This document shows positions 38,386 through 49,292 of a stretch of 64,000 nt of DNA, piece after piece. The notes beneath the pieces were generated by a model that saw only the letters and a list, made by a program, of their open reading frames with translations, did no database searches and had not been told where the DNA came from. Location: the sequence record PP601403.1; one strand, written 5' to 3'. The translations under genes and the position numbers were made by a program. Position 1 is the first letter of the stretch; each line of letters starts with the position of its first letter.

Positions 38386-38454
38386 CAGTAGTCTTTAAAG
38401 ACAAGAAACTAAAGAGAAAGGGAAATAAGAAAGTAATAATAATTCAAATATCAA

Positions 38455-38486
38455 ACTCTACTTACCCAATTAAGGGTAAGTAGAGT
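38455..38486. terminator. Stem-loop terminator, CTACT family
   Basis: actctacttaccc-aattaa-gggtaagtagagt. Confidence 0.75.
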
Positions 38487-38517
38487 TATGTTTATTAATG
38501 CCACAGTAACATCGATA

Positions 38518-40713
38518 TCATCGATTGAGAGGTCTTGATACTACCAAACGTCCAAAATCACCTATCAAGGAATCGGATAATGAATTCGCAAGAGTAGAAG
38601 CCTTGAACATGTTTTTCGTGTCTGTAGTAAAACGTGTAAGTCTCCTGTTAAGATCAGCATAACGTAGCACTGTGTCAAGATAATCAACACCTGCGGTTCT
38701 AGAGATGAAATCTTGATACTTACCTCTATCACCTAGATAACGACTAGATTGAGCTGCCATGTTAGCAAGATCCAATGGATTAGTGACACGACTAATTGGC
38801 ACAGAAAGAATCGGTTCGAAATCTGCCACATCAATTGTGACACGACAGTTACGAGGTTTCATATCTGTAGTCCAACCAAGAGGACCTTCTCCAAAGGTAA
38901 TGCTGGCGTTTCTTACCATCCCCATACGGATAATTGACTTACCTCGTTGGAAACATTTAATCATGAATGGTGAACCGTAGGTTGAACCACCTGTACTAAA
39001 CGGCACAATGAACGGTAGGATAAGAGACAGTGGTAGGAAAACGTTAGTGGCAATGGAGTAAGGATGAGCATAAGGAGCTTCAAAGAACAAACTGAAACTT
39101 TCTGTATGAAGATTAGCTGTACTATCTTGCCAGTGTTCCGGTATTTCTACACGGGAGTTACCAAGAATACTAAGTGGCACCGCACCCAATACTGAACCAG
39201 CAGCCACCCCAGCCACAGCTTGCTTAGTAGTTTCTATTAATCCATCGATTAACCCAATACCAGTAGCACCACCTTGGATATTAAACTTGAAATCTGAAAC
39301 AGCTTGGACTGTACTATTGAATGTGGAAGCTATAGCTGACTGTTGGAAGCTATTACTAAATGAATCTGATACAGGTCCAGTACCTTCTACTCTGAATGTA
39401 ACACCATCCATACCACCGTAGAGTTGATCCATTAATACAGAACCGATTTCAGTTAACCAGCCACCTTCGTCAATACCTGAGTCATCAGTGATAGTGGGGA
39501 CATTACCTTCTAGTTGCGGAGGATTGGAACTTGCAGCACTAGAACTGTTGTTGTCCAATCCAACACTTTCGTTGTTAAGTGCGTTTACTCGTGCTCTAAT
39601 ATCATTAAGTGGATTTTCAGATATACCGCTAGAAACAGAAAGAGCTGGATTAGAAGGTTTGATCTTAGAGTAAGCTTCTGGATCGGTATAAGCTGAAGCT
39701 ACTTCAGGGTAAGCTATTTCATCTTCCCCTCTAGAAGCCGCTACACTACGTAATTCAGCATCCAAATACTCTTTAGTGCCTTTACCTTCAGCTCTGGTTC
39801 CTCTTCCGTTAACGAAGTTACCATCACGGATAAGTTGATCTAGGATCTGTTCAATAGCTTGATCTTTTTCTTCAACCGTTCTAATCCCAGTATTCTTATC
39901 AAGGTCTTTTACTTTAGATAAGAAATGACGATACTTACGAACACCACGTAGACTTAATCTAGTAATATCAATTGTACCATCTTCGTTAATAGCATCTGGG
40001 AATAAGGAGTTCATATACGCAAAGTTATTACGCATAGCGGAACTATTAGTTTCGTATCCCCTATTACCAGCTTTAGCGCGATCACCGGCTCTTACGTCTA
40101 AGGTATTACCTTGTTTCGGTAATACAGTAAGAGTGTAACCGGCATTTACCATTAAGTCATTGAAGATACCTTGAGCAGCGGTAAAGTACATACCCATTGC
40201 TGGTTTACCGTAATACCACTTATTCTTAGGTTCGTTCATCAAGTATTCAAAGAAGTTGTAACTAGTAGCTAGGATCTGAGCTGGCCAGAATGCAATAGCG
40301 CCTGCGGCTTGACCTATGTAGAAAGCCCAAGAAGGAGCACGTCCTTTAGTTACCATTACAGAAGCAGAATAATCGAACATGTTCAAAAGGAATGTCAAGA
40401 GCCCTGTAAACTCTGGTACACAAGCCGTAAATGTAGCAGTTTGTGCATTATCATGATGAATACGTTTATAAAACCTGCCCATATTTCCCATCCGGTTTTC
40501 CATTATCGGTTTAGGATAAGGATCGGTATTTAAACCATAACCAGGTAGGGGATTAATGTATCGGTTATCTCCAATAGCTGTGGAGAAGAAACTGGTATAA
40601 AGATCGTAGTCAGATCTGATAAGCACTTCTTCTGGATTACGAATACCGTCGCTCATTAAACGAAATGAACGAGATATCACGTTATCGTCTTTATAAGGAA
40701 GCTTGACGCTCAT
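38518..40713 (-). CDS. Probable tail tip/baseplate protein (phiKZ gp182-like position)
   Basis: 731 aa, directly downstream of the large tail protein on the same strand. Confidence 0.55.
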   Translation of the reverse strand: MSVKLPYKDDNVISRSFRLMSDGIRNPEEVLIRSDYDLYTSFFSTAIGDNRYINPLPGYGLNTDPYPKPIMENRMGNMGRFYKRIHHDNAQTATFTACVPEFTGLLTFLLNMFDYSASVMVTKGRAPSWAFYIGQAAGAIAFWPAQILATSYNFFEYLMNEPKNKWYYGKPAMGMYFTAAQGIFNDLMVNAGYTLTVLPKQGNTLDVRAGDRAKAGNRGYETNSSAMRNNFAYMNSLFPDAINEDGTIDITRLSLRGVRKYRHFLSKVKDLDKNTGIRTVEEKDQAIEQILDQLIRDGNFVNGRGTRAEGKGTKEYLDAELRSVAASRGEDEIAYPEVASAYTDPEAYSKIKPSNPALSVSSGISENPLNDIRARVNALNNESVGLDNNSSSAASSNPPQLEGNVPTITDDSGIDEGGWLTEIGSVLMDQLYGGMDGVTFRVEGTGPVSDSFSNSFQQSAIASTFNSTVQAVSDFKFNIQGGATGIGLIDGLIETTKQAVAGVAAGSVLGAVPLSILGNSRVEIPEHWQDSTANLHTESFSLFFEAPYAHPYSIATNVFLPLSLILPFIVPFSTGGSTYGSPFMIKCFQRGKSIIRMGMVRNASITFGEGPLGWTTDMKPRNCRVTIDVADFEPILSVPISRVTNPLDLANMAAQSSRYLGDRGKYQDFISRTAGVDYLDTVLRYADLNRRLTRFTTDTKNMFKASTLANSLSDSLIGDFGRLVVSRPLNR

Positions 40714-40738
40714 CTTGTTACCTCTAAAAAGAAAAAGG

Positions 40739-40764
40739 GAGTAGGAGGTTTGACCCTCCTACTC
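40739..40764. terminator. Stem-loop, inverted CTACT-family hairpin
   Basis: gagtaggagg-tttgac-cctcctactc. Confidence 0.65.
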
Positions 40765-40771
40765 AGTTTTA

Positions 40772-43700
40772 TTAATTCATCCTCACCCCACTTTGTTGTT
40801 TAGCGAGACGATTGATACCTTCATTCAGAGTATCAACGGATGTGATCAACCTAGCCATTGCGGCTGTGTTGGCTTCATCGTTAACAGCCAGAGGTCCATC
40901 AGGTAACTTGAGTTCTACCGGAACTTCTTTGGTAGGTGTCTTCATTACATTAGACGGATTAACAGCAGGAGTATTAGTTGCTGTATTAACTGGTTGTTGC
41001 GGAGCAGCAATACTCGGTGGAGGAGTAGGTGCTTTAGGTTTACTAGCAGGTGATGCGGTCGGAACACTAGTTGGTGAAACAGGTTTATTAGAAACCTTAG
41101 CAGTATCTGCTGCGTTCATCAAACTGTTGATGTCTTCCTTAGCATCTGGGTTAACAGCTTTGTTACCATCAACGTGATCAGGTGGAACATTACTATCTGG
41201 AACAGAAGGTAACTGGGCTTGTTCATTACTAATTTGAACCGCTCCTTGTTCACCAGTATCAGGTACAGAGATATCTCCACGGTTAAGACGATCCAGGTAC
41301 TCTTGATAGTATTGTCTACGTTCATCGGAACCAGGAACAGGATTACCGCCATTGATACCACGCATAGCGGTTTCAAAATCACCTGTCTGGGCAATAGAAC
41401 GCATCGCTTTACTATTGAGTAAGAATCGTACAGCAGACTCAGCCATTACATTAGGATCTTCAGACACGATACGCGGATTAGATACAACATCAATCCCAGT
41501 TTCTTGTTTGAATTTCTCGTAGTTAGCTTTACCTGTTAACTGGAATAGTCCTCTACCACGATATAGCCAACCGTCTTCCGGTTTAGTGTTACCAAGTGTT
41601 GGACCTTTAGGAGCTTTACCGTAAACGTACATGGCACGTTCCGCAGGGGACAAAGCAGCAACTTTCTCAGCAGTAGCCATATCAGGAATATTTCTAAAGT
41701 ACTTCTTCAGAGTAGGAGCAGACCAGTTGGTATTCTCTACTGTAGCTGAATAGTTACCCGTTTCCTTCTTAGCCATCGCCAGTGCAAGAGCCAACATCTT
41801 CTTATCAGTTACACCTGCTTTTAACAAGTGGTTCAATAAGAGTTGTTCTCCTTGGGCAGGATCCATCTTGATCCCTTTGTCATCACCAGCTAACTTCTGG
41901 AACTCTGGATTAAAGGTATCTGACCAACCAAGGTTAACATTACCACCTTGCAGGTTGTAGTTAGTACCATATCCAAGACCATTGTTATTACGACCATCAG
42001 CAGTAAATGAATTACCAGTACCACCACCGTAAATACCAACATTACCAGCGGAGACATTACGGTTCTTACCATACACTTTATCAAACAGTGCATTGGTATT
42101 AGCCTGAACTTGACTATAGTTGACCTTACTTCCACTTAATTTCTCATCGTAAGTAAGTGAACGTTCATCTTCTAACTCAGGTTCTTTCAATCTTGCTTTA
42201 GTAGCTTTAGCATCCAAAGACTTAAGATACTTCTCAACTCTATCAGGCCAGCTACCAGAATTGGAATTTTCAAATGGTGAAACTTTTACATCCCACACTG
42301 ATACTTCTTCTTGTTGATAGATAACTCGAGTTTCTGACAAGAATCTAGCCAACTTAGCTTTATTAGTATCAGAGAGTGATCTCCAACCTTGCTTAGGTAG
42401 TTGATTACGAAGACGTTTCATTTCCTTAACGTATTGCTGTAATACAGGTAAGAAACGATTCTGGAACCACAGATGCCAGTTAGTCTCGCCGTTAGTTGTT
42501 TCAATTCTAAATTGAGCTTTAAACAGATTAAATACTCTAGTAGGATTACCACTAAAGACTGTTTCTGTTCCAAGCGTATTAATTAAATCTTCACAATAAC
42601 GTTCCAGTCTAAGTACAGCATCAACTCGCCAAGGCATATTGTCGATGTTACCATAAACACCTAAACGAACCATAGTAAAGGCATCGATTGCTGTATTAGC
42701 GTCTTTATGCAAATCAGAGATATCGATTTCTCTTACAGCTTGAGGTGTTTGGAACTTACGATCAACTTCTTCTTGAGCAAGTTTATTTACTCTGTCTCCA
42801 TAACTATTACTAAACCACCCTGCAAGTCCATCTGGGGTCTTTTCGTTGAGTACTCTGTTACGACGCTCTACATCTGTTTCTAGTTTGAACTCTTCTTCAG
42901 GAGTGGGGTATTTCTTACGAAGTTCTGACAGTAAAGAACTAACCAAGTTCTCAGTCATCACTCGATTAAGAATACCTTCCCTTGGATCTATCTGAACTTG
43001 TACTTCATAAGGGAATGGATCCAAAGTACCCATAGAGGTTCTTACACGTTCACAGAGTAGTGTAACTTCATAACTCTCTTTACGATCAAACTCGTTGATG
43101 TCACCATGTCTCCCGATAGATACCGCTACAGCATACAACAAGAACACGGGTTTAAAACGAGCATTAAACCAAGTGTGAACTTGATCAAATGGAACACTAT
43201 CTCCACCTTTAGCAAACTGTTGTAGAATCTGTGCAACAGGAGCACTTTGAGAGAAACTTGCTCTGTTATTAGCAATAGCTAAATGAGGAATTAAAGCTTG
43301 CTCCAACTTAGATACACGTTTAGCCAAATTACCGTCAATACTCTTTATACCGTACTGAGCATAACGAATACGACGTTGTAGTGAATCAGGAATCTCTTTA
43401 GCACTAACTCCACCGGTGCCATCAATGTAAGCTTGTGCTTCACGACGGTCAGTAAAGAAGGTTCCATCAGGAGCCCAGAATACACCCTTGTTCTCGATAA
43501 AGTCAGTAGCAGCTTTTGGTAACAGGAATTCCTTAGCGGTTTTCAAAGCAAGTGTAGGTAAGAAGAAATCAGAAGCTGTATCAACAACTTTCTCCATAGT
43601 AGTTAACTTTGGACCATTGTCGTCTTTACCATCTTCATACACATCTCCGTCAGTGGGCTCAGCTTCACTACCAAAAGCATCGGCTGCGTACATACCACCA

Positions 43701-46700
43701 CCTACCACAGCACCAGTACCTAACAAAGCAGCCAACATCTTACCTCGACCACCTAACTTACTAAGTACTCCACCGATCTTACCTCTCATCCCTCCTCTAC
43801 CGGCACCACCCAATGTGTCCCCTAAGCCACTTGCTGCTGTTTTAGCCATGGTGGCTTTAGTTAGAGCAGTGAACCCCCACTTCATTAATTTGAAGATAGG
43901 AGAAGCTGCTCCTAACACACCTGAGAACAACATCTTACCAATAGAAGCTAAGCGTTTTCCAGAGTTAACCAGAGAACCCATTATCAAACCACCTAAGGTT
44001 CCAATGGGATTCTTAATAAGACGCATGGCAAAATCACCCATACCTCCCATCAAGCTAAAGAGTTTACCGAAGATACCTTGCTTTTCGGTTTTCTCTCCCT
44101 CTTTAGGTTCTTTCATCCCTTCAGCAATATCGATGATAGAATCCTGAACCTTTTCTTGTTTCTCTGCTTTGGCTTGTCTGATCTTATCTTCCAAAGAGTT
44201 CAGTCTTAGCCCCTTAGCGATGGGCGAACCAATGGGGTCACTTTCACCGTCAAAGTTATCTGGAATATCAATACCGAACTTCTGGGAGAGTATGGCGTAA
44301 ATGCGATCTAAACGACGTTCCACACCACGGTTACTACTTTGTCCTGGTTTACCTGTTCCAGAAGCTTCTGTATCGCCTTGTGGACGATTGTAACCGAACT
44401 TCCCTAGGATGTTATCTAAACCTGATCTAGCGAGTCCTGCGGCCGTTCCAGCTAATCCTGAAGCAGCACTACCTACCGCTCTTACTTTCTGTCCAGTAGC
44501 TGTAATAAGACCTTGGTCAAATTCTACTTGGGAGATTACTTCGTTACCTTCACTATCGTAGACAGGACCATTAATCTCATTCCATCCCCAAATAGGTTTA
44601 ATGGAACCAGTGCTATCTTCGATAGAATACTCACCTTCTTTGAACTTGATCGCTCTCAGTCTAGGTGTTTTCTCACCCTTTACATATACGTCTTGTTGGT
44701 AAATGAGATTCTTACCCATTTCCATGACAGACTTAATACGTGTTAAGGGATCAATGAAGTTATAAGCACCAACTGCTGCATCTTTGATCTTAGTAATCCC
44801 TGATAGAACTACTGCTCGACCATCGGGACCAAAGATCTTACCACCTAACTCTTTAATAGTGATAGTGACTTTATTGGCAGCGTCAAATAACGGACCTTTG
44901 ATATCACGCCAAGTTTTTATCACGCGACGTTTTACAGCGTCGTAATAATCACCAGCTTTAAGTTTAGCAGAAGTTAATATCTTGTTTCCATTCTCATCGA
45001 GGATATCTTCATCGTCAGACGGTTCGTCACCTACACCTTCTGCATAATCCGTTTTACCCCAATGTTGAACTAACGCTCCTAGTGCAATACCACCTACGCC
45101 AGCGGCTGCTGCAAGAATAGGATTTTGGATAAAGTGTGAACTTACACCACCCAAGATAGAACCAAGAATCAATGGTTGATTTTGCATAACCATTTCAAAC
45201 CCTTTTCCGAGAATATTAGTCGGAAGGATTTTCTTGAGTCTATTTACTACATCAAAGTTATATCGATCAGCTTGACGTTCTTCAGTTTGCGATTTAGCTT
45301 GCTTACTAAAGAGTTTCCCGTCTTTTACAATACTGAGTAATTCAGTAAAGAGAAGATCCATATTGGACGTTGAAGTAGCAATCTTATCGATGTTTGAAAC
45401 AACTTCGCCAGTATGAGTGTCAAAGTAAGCCCGAGGGCCACTAGAACGCTCTGTATCAACTTTGGAAGTATTATCAATCAATCTACCAAGCTGTGCTGAC
45501 AAATCGCTTATAGAGCTGTTTAGCTCGTTAAACGTGTTGTTAGTTGAAGAAGACCCGGTTGGTGACTTAGGTACTATAAACCCACCTTTACCATCACTTA
45601 CTGGTTTCTTAGATGTATTATCAAACATCCCCTTTAACTGTGGGTTATTTGGGTTCTCCATGAACTGTCCCAATCTTTCATGGAAGATGTCCATGTTAAC
45701 TTTCTCTACCCCGGCTTCGGTGTAGATAACGCCCAGATCTCTAAGGAGTTGTTCATTACCGGTAGAACGTAGCATATCAATGCGTTCTGCTACATTGGGG
45801 AAAAGATCCTTCATGTTAGCAGCAGTAGCGGAGGCCACATTAAGACGTTCGTTACCTTCATTACTACGCATATCAGTCATGCGTTTGAGTTTATCAAACC
45901 CTTTAGCGGATTTAAACTCGGAAACGTCTTGATCGTTAAGACCAAAGTGACGTTTCATTACAGCGTGGATTTCTTTTTGATGAGAACCAGATACGTTAGG
46001 AATATCACCCAAATAGTAAAATGGATTAAACCCCTTTTCTTGGTCAACATCTTTAGCGATTTGCTGAGCTAATGCTTTTCTAGCACCAGGACTAAGTGTG
46101 CGTTCTGGATCTAGTCCATCAACCATTTCCAAAGCAGCTTGAGCATAGCGACTAAAGTCGCCATAAGGCATTAAATCAGCTTTAACAGAAATGCGTTTTT
46201 CTGAATCAGTTTGGAACTGACCACGCATATAGTTATAGCTTACACTTTCGATATTCTTTTCACCAGTACGAATACCTTCAGTACTAGTTAAGATCTTACT
46301 AAGTAAACCTGGGATAACTTCATTAAGAGTAATGTTATTGGTCTCTTTCCAGATACCTGGATTATTGAGATCTTTTACATTGCGCTTATTAAGTGTATAT
46401 TGAGTCCCACGAGATTTAGTAATCTCTGACATGAAGCTGTTAACAGAGGCTTTAGCTTTGTTGGTAGCCGCATTCTTAGCAACCCAAATAGCCTTTGGAA
46501 TTGGCTTCTTACCTGGAGGAAGTTGATCTAAGTAATCTTGATAATCAAGATACTGCATCTCATCCATAGCTTCGTAATCTTCAGCAAGGTAGTTTATTAA
46601 CCCAACGCCAGAAGTAGAAGCATAAGAAGCTTTATTACCAAAGTTAGTCAGTTTACCAAACATCTCTTGGAACTGTTTAGCTTCTTTGGGATTTTTAGCT

Positions 46701-47815
46701 GCTAACTTATTAATCCAATCTTTACCTTTACCACGTTCAAAGAAGTAAGGAATATTGGAAACAAACATACTACCTAGTTGTTTGCCAATTAGATCACCAA
46801 TCATCCCTTTGGACATCGGCATTCCATCTGACATATCCAACATGTCAGCAATTTGTTCTAAAGCAAAGTTACCGCCCTGATAACCTTCCTGTCTAGCTGA
46901 TTTACCAAACTTGTCTTTAATTAAACCAGTAAGACCACCTACTCGTTTACCTACTGTGTTAAAAAGCTTATTTCTCATAAACTCTTTAGATGCAGTAAAT
47001 GTAGAAGTCTTTTGGTAATCACTCATCATACTGGCTTTTTGAATCTTCTTCAATTCAGCAATTTCAGTATGGATTCCTTTCTCCATGAACTTATAGTACT
47101 TAACGTTAGAAACGTAAGTCTTAGCTAATAAAGAAAGTTTAGCCTGATCCATTCGAAGTTGAACGTTACGTTGGTAGTTAACCAAATCACGCATTCCAGA
47201 TTCGATGTTAACAAGCTGTCTATTACCAGATGAGATACTTGCAGTGATCATCCCGCCAACGTGAGCAGACATGGTATTAAGAGTTTCGCCTAATGCCGAG
47301 AACATTCCTTCTTGAGCTTCTAAGGAACGATCTAAAGCAGCAGCAACATCATACTCACTTGTCTCTTCAATAGACAAACCACCAGTTTCATAACTACCTA
47401 ATTTCTCCCAACTAGAAAAGTCTTTCTGGGAGAAATTCTCGAGTTCATTTGTAATTGAACTGGGCATTCTTTCGCCCATTTTCTTTGACAGATGACCCGC
47501 AATGCTTTGTAACGATTTAACAGAAGAAGCATTTTCTTCTTTAAATTCTGTTTTTAATTCGTCAAATCTACGACCAGCCCAGCTGACCCGATCTAACGCT
47601 GTGGAGAATGATTTAGGGAGAATAGTTCGAAGTGAACGCATTCTTGCTTCGCCACTTCCAACTGTTTCATCGACAATCCCAGAAAGGAATCCGGAGACCA
47701 TACCTCCGACAAAACCTTTCTTTGCATATGGATCCATATCGAAATCCATATCAAAGTCGATATCTCCACCAAAAGGATCATCATCCCAGTCTAGATCATA
47801 AGTATCACTTGCCAT
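40772..47815 (-). CDS. Large tail protein (tape-measure/tail-associated lysin, phiKZ gp181-like) with C-terminal GH19 peptidoglycan hydrolase
   Basis: About 2350 aa; KETG, DGWLYRGRGLFQLTGKANY, INGG GH19 motifs; P/T/A-rich tail; ATG at 47815. Confidence 0.8.
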   Translation of the reverse strand: MASDTYDLDWDDDPFGGDIDFDMDFDMDPYAKKGFVGGMVSGFLSGIVDETVGSGEARMRSLRTILPKSFSTALDRVSWAGRRFDELKTEFKEENASSVKSLQSIAGHLSKKMGERMPSSITNELENFSQKDFSSWEKLGSYETGGLSIEETSEYDVAAALDRSLEAQEGMFSALGETLNTMSAHVGGMITASISSGNRQLVNIESGMRDLVNYQRNVQLRMDQAKLSLLAKTYVSNVKYYKFMEKGIHTEIAELKKIQKASMMSDYQKTSTFTASKEFMRNKLFNTVGKRVGGLTGLIKDKFGKSARQEGYQGGNFALEQIADMLDMSDGMPMSKGMIGDLIGKQLGSMFVSNIPYFFERGKGKDWINKLAAKNPKEAKQFQEMFGKLTNFGNKASYASTSGVGLINYLAEDYEAMDEMQYLDYQDYLDQLPPGKKPIPKAIWVAKNAATNKAKASVNSFMSEITKSRGTQYTLNKRNVKDLNNPGIWKETNNITLNEVIPGLLSKILTSTEGIRTGEKNIESVSYNYMRGQFQTDSEKRISVKADLMPYGDFSRYAQAALEMVDGLDPERTLSPGARKALAQQIAKDVDQEKGFNPFYYLGDIPNVSGSHQKEIHAVMKRHFGLNDQDVSEFKSAKGFDKLKRMTDMRSNEGNERLNVASATAANMKDLFPNVAERIDMLRSTGNEQLLRDLGVIYTEAGVEKVNMDIFHERLGQFMENPNNPQLKGMFDNTSKKPVSDGKGGFIVPKSPTGSSSTNNTFNELNSSISDLSAQLGRLIDNTSKVDTERSSGPRAYFDTHTGEVVSNIDKIATSTSNMDLLFTELLSIVKDGKLFSKQAKSQTEERQADRYNFDVVNRLKKILPTNILGKGFEMVMQNQPLILGSILGGVSSHFIQNPILAAAAGVGGIALGALVQHWGKTDYAEGVGDEPSDDEDILDENGNKILTSAKLKAGDYYDAVKRRVIKTWRDIKGPLFDAANKVTITIKELGGKIFGPDGRAVVLSGITKIKDAAVGAYNFIDPLTRIKSVMEMGKNLIYQQDVYVKGEKTPRLRAIKFKEGEYSIEDSTGSIKPIWGWNEINGPVYDSEGNEVISQVEFDQGLITATGQKVRAVGSAASGLAGTAAGLARSGLDNILGKFGYNRPQGDTEASGTGKPGQSSNRGVERRLDRIYAILSQKFGIDIPDNFDGESDPIGSPIAKGLRLNSLEDKIRQAKAEKQEKVQDSIIDIAEGMKEPKEGEKTEKQGIFGKLFSLMGGMGDFAMRLIKNPIGTLGGLIMGSLVNSGKRLASIGKMLFSGVLGAASPIFKLMKWGFTALTKATMAKTAASGLGDTLGGAGRGGMRGKIGGVLSKLGGRGKMLAALLGTGAVVGGGMYAADAFGSEAEPTDGDVYEDGKDDNGPKLTTMEKVVDTASDFFLPTLALKTAKEFLLPKAATDFIENKGVFWAPDGTFFTDRREAQAYIDGTGGVSAKEIPDSLQRRIRYAQYGIKSIDGNLAKRVSKLEQALIPHLAIANNRASFSQSAPVAQILQQFAKGGDSVPFDQVHTWFNARFKPVFLLYAVAVSIGRHGDINEFDRKESYEVTLLCERVRTSMGTLDPFPYEVQVQIDPREGILNRVMTENLVSSLLSELRKKYPTPEEEFKLETDVERRNRVLNEKTPDGLAGWFSNSYGDRVNKLAQEEVDRKFQTPQAVREIDISDLHKDANTAIDAFTMVRLGVYGNIDNMPWRVDAVLRLERYCEDLINTLGTETVFSGNPTRVFNLFKAQFRIETTNGETNWHLWFQNRFLPVLQQYVKEMKRLRNQLPKQGWRSLSDTNKAKLARFLSETRVIYQQEEVSVWDVKVSPFENSNSGSWPDRVEKYLKSLDAKATKARLKEPELEDERSLTYDEKLSGSKVNYSQVQANTNALFDKVYGKNRNVSAGNVGIYGGGTGNSFTADGRNNNGLGYGTNYNLQGGNVNLGWSDTFNPEFQKLAGDDKGIKMDPAQGEQLLLNHLLKAGVTDKKMLALALAMAKKETGNYSATVENTNWSAPTLKKYFRNIPDMATAEKVAALSPAERAMYVYGKAPKGPTLGNTKPEDGWLYRGRGLFQLTGKANYEKFKQETGIDVVSNPRIVSEDPNVMAESAVRFLLNSKAMRSIAQTGDFETAMRGINGGNPVPGSDERRQYYQEYLDRLNRGDISVPDTGEQGAVQISNEQAQLPSVPDSNVPPDHVDGNKAVNPDAKEDINSLMNAADTAKVSNKPVSPTSVPTASPASKPKAPTPPPSIAAPQQPVNTATNTPAVNPSNVMKTPTKEVPVELKLPDGPLAVNDEANTAAMARLITSVDTLNEGINRLAKQQSGVRMN

Positions 47816-47840
47816 ACATTCCCTCACTTAGGAAATAGCG

Positions 47841-49292
47841 ATGAGTAGACAACCTACTAACTTTACGCTGCTTGATCCTAAAACGTTTCCAATAGAACTC
47901 ATGTCACCCGTGACAGTAGCAGATTCGTTTGAAGGTCAAACCACTAACTTGCACGAAGACGGACTCTACTCGACCAGGATCTTTGGTCGAGTAGGTACTG
48001 ATGAACGAGATAAAACTGAATCTTACATTAATACCCTATTACCTATTTTCAATCCCACGTATTTTAAAGCATTAGTGCAGTTAAAATCACTTTACTTAGA
48101 TATAGTAAAGGGTAAGACATATGCTGTATGGGATGAGACAGAACGTGATTTCATAAAATCTAACGTCCTGGAAGGCGATACAGGATTTGCGTTTTTTATG
48201 ACTCATTTTGGTGAATTAGATCCAAAACCAAATCAGTCTTTTAAACGGACTCAGAAGATCACGCTGGTTAATAATTTCCGTGATCGAGCTTTGAATAAAC
48301 ATATTCCAGTGATCCCAGCAGGTATCCGAGACATTGAAATCGGTCCTACCGGATTAGTTACTGAAAATGAGATTAACGATCTTTATCGTAAATTGATTTT
48401 CCGAACTAAATCACTAACTACCAAGAACCCTGATCCACTTGATCCAGTTTATGATAACATTCACTGGGGGATGCAGGAGTCTTTGAATAACATTGACCAA
48501 CATCTCTTTGAATTACAGGAAGGTAAACGAGGGTTCATGCAGCGTCGAATGAGTCGACGTTCTATCCACTCCGCAACTCGTAACGTAATCGTCTCTCGTA
48601 AAGTCTCTGTAGAGAATATGGACGATAATGCTACCGGCGATCCTAACTCTACTTTTATTGGGATGTACCAAGCACTACTTGGCTATAACCTAGTTGCTAC
48701 TCATGAACTTCTTAACGGTTTCTTATCTGAAGTATTTACTCCTGGATTGGATAAAGCTCGGTTAGTGGAACCTAAGAGTTTAGAGAGTGCTTACGTAGAT
48801 GTAGATCCTTACACAGTAGATAAGTTTACTTCTGCTGATGGAATTGGCAAACTCTTTAATGGATTTAGTGATCCTAACGTTCGTAACCGTCCTATTAAGG
48901 TAGCAGGTCATTACCTAGGTCTACTTTATGATGATGGTAAAAACGTTTGCTTAGTTCACGATGTAAATGATCTAGGTGAAGGAATGGATAAGAAGTACCT
49001 CCATCCTGTTACCTATATGCAATTCTTTTATATCCAGACCGTAAAAGCAATTGAAAAGAAGATGTTACAAATTACTCGTTACCCAATTACTGGGATAGGT
49101 TCTATTGTACCTACACGAGTGTTTGTTCTTCCAACTACAGCCACATCAGAATCAAGAACATTGATCGATATTGATGGTAGTAAATTGGATAGTTTTCACT
49201 TCTTTCCAGTGTGGACTAAAAATCCCAGTTTCTTTGATGGGATGAGTATTAGTAACATACGCTTAGCTGCTGCTGGTGGTGATTTTGACGGT
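47841..49292 (+). CDS. rpoC: Virion RNA polymerase beta-prime subunit, exon 1 (phiKZ gp180-like)
   Basis: IPVIPAGIR, NDLYRKLIFR, GKRGFM, TRYP and GGDFDG match RpoC regions; the final catalytic Asp is supplied by exon 2. Confidence 0.9.

Noticed and set aside
43488-44147. 219-aa antisense ORF, and similar shadows at 485-898, 19773-20282, 25941-26489 and others
   Set aside because: Fully nested opposite well-supported genes, with composition typical of reverse-frame shadows
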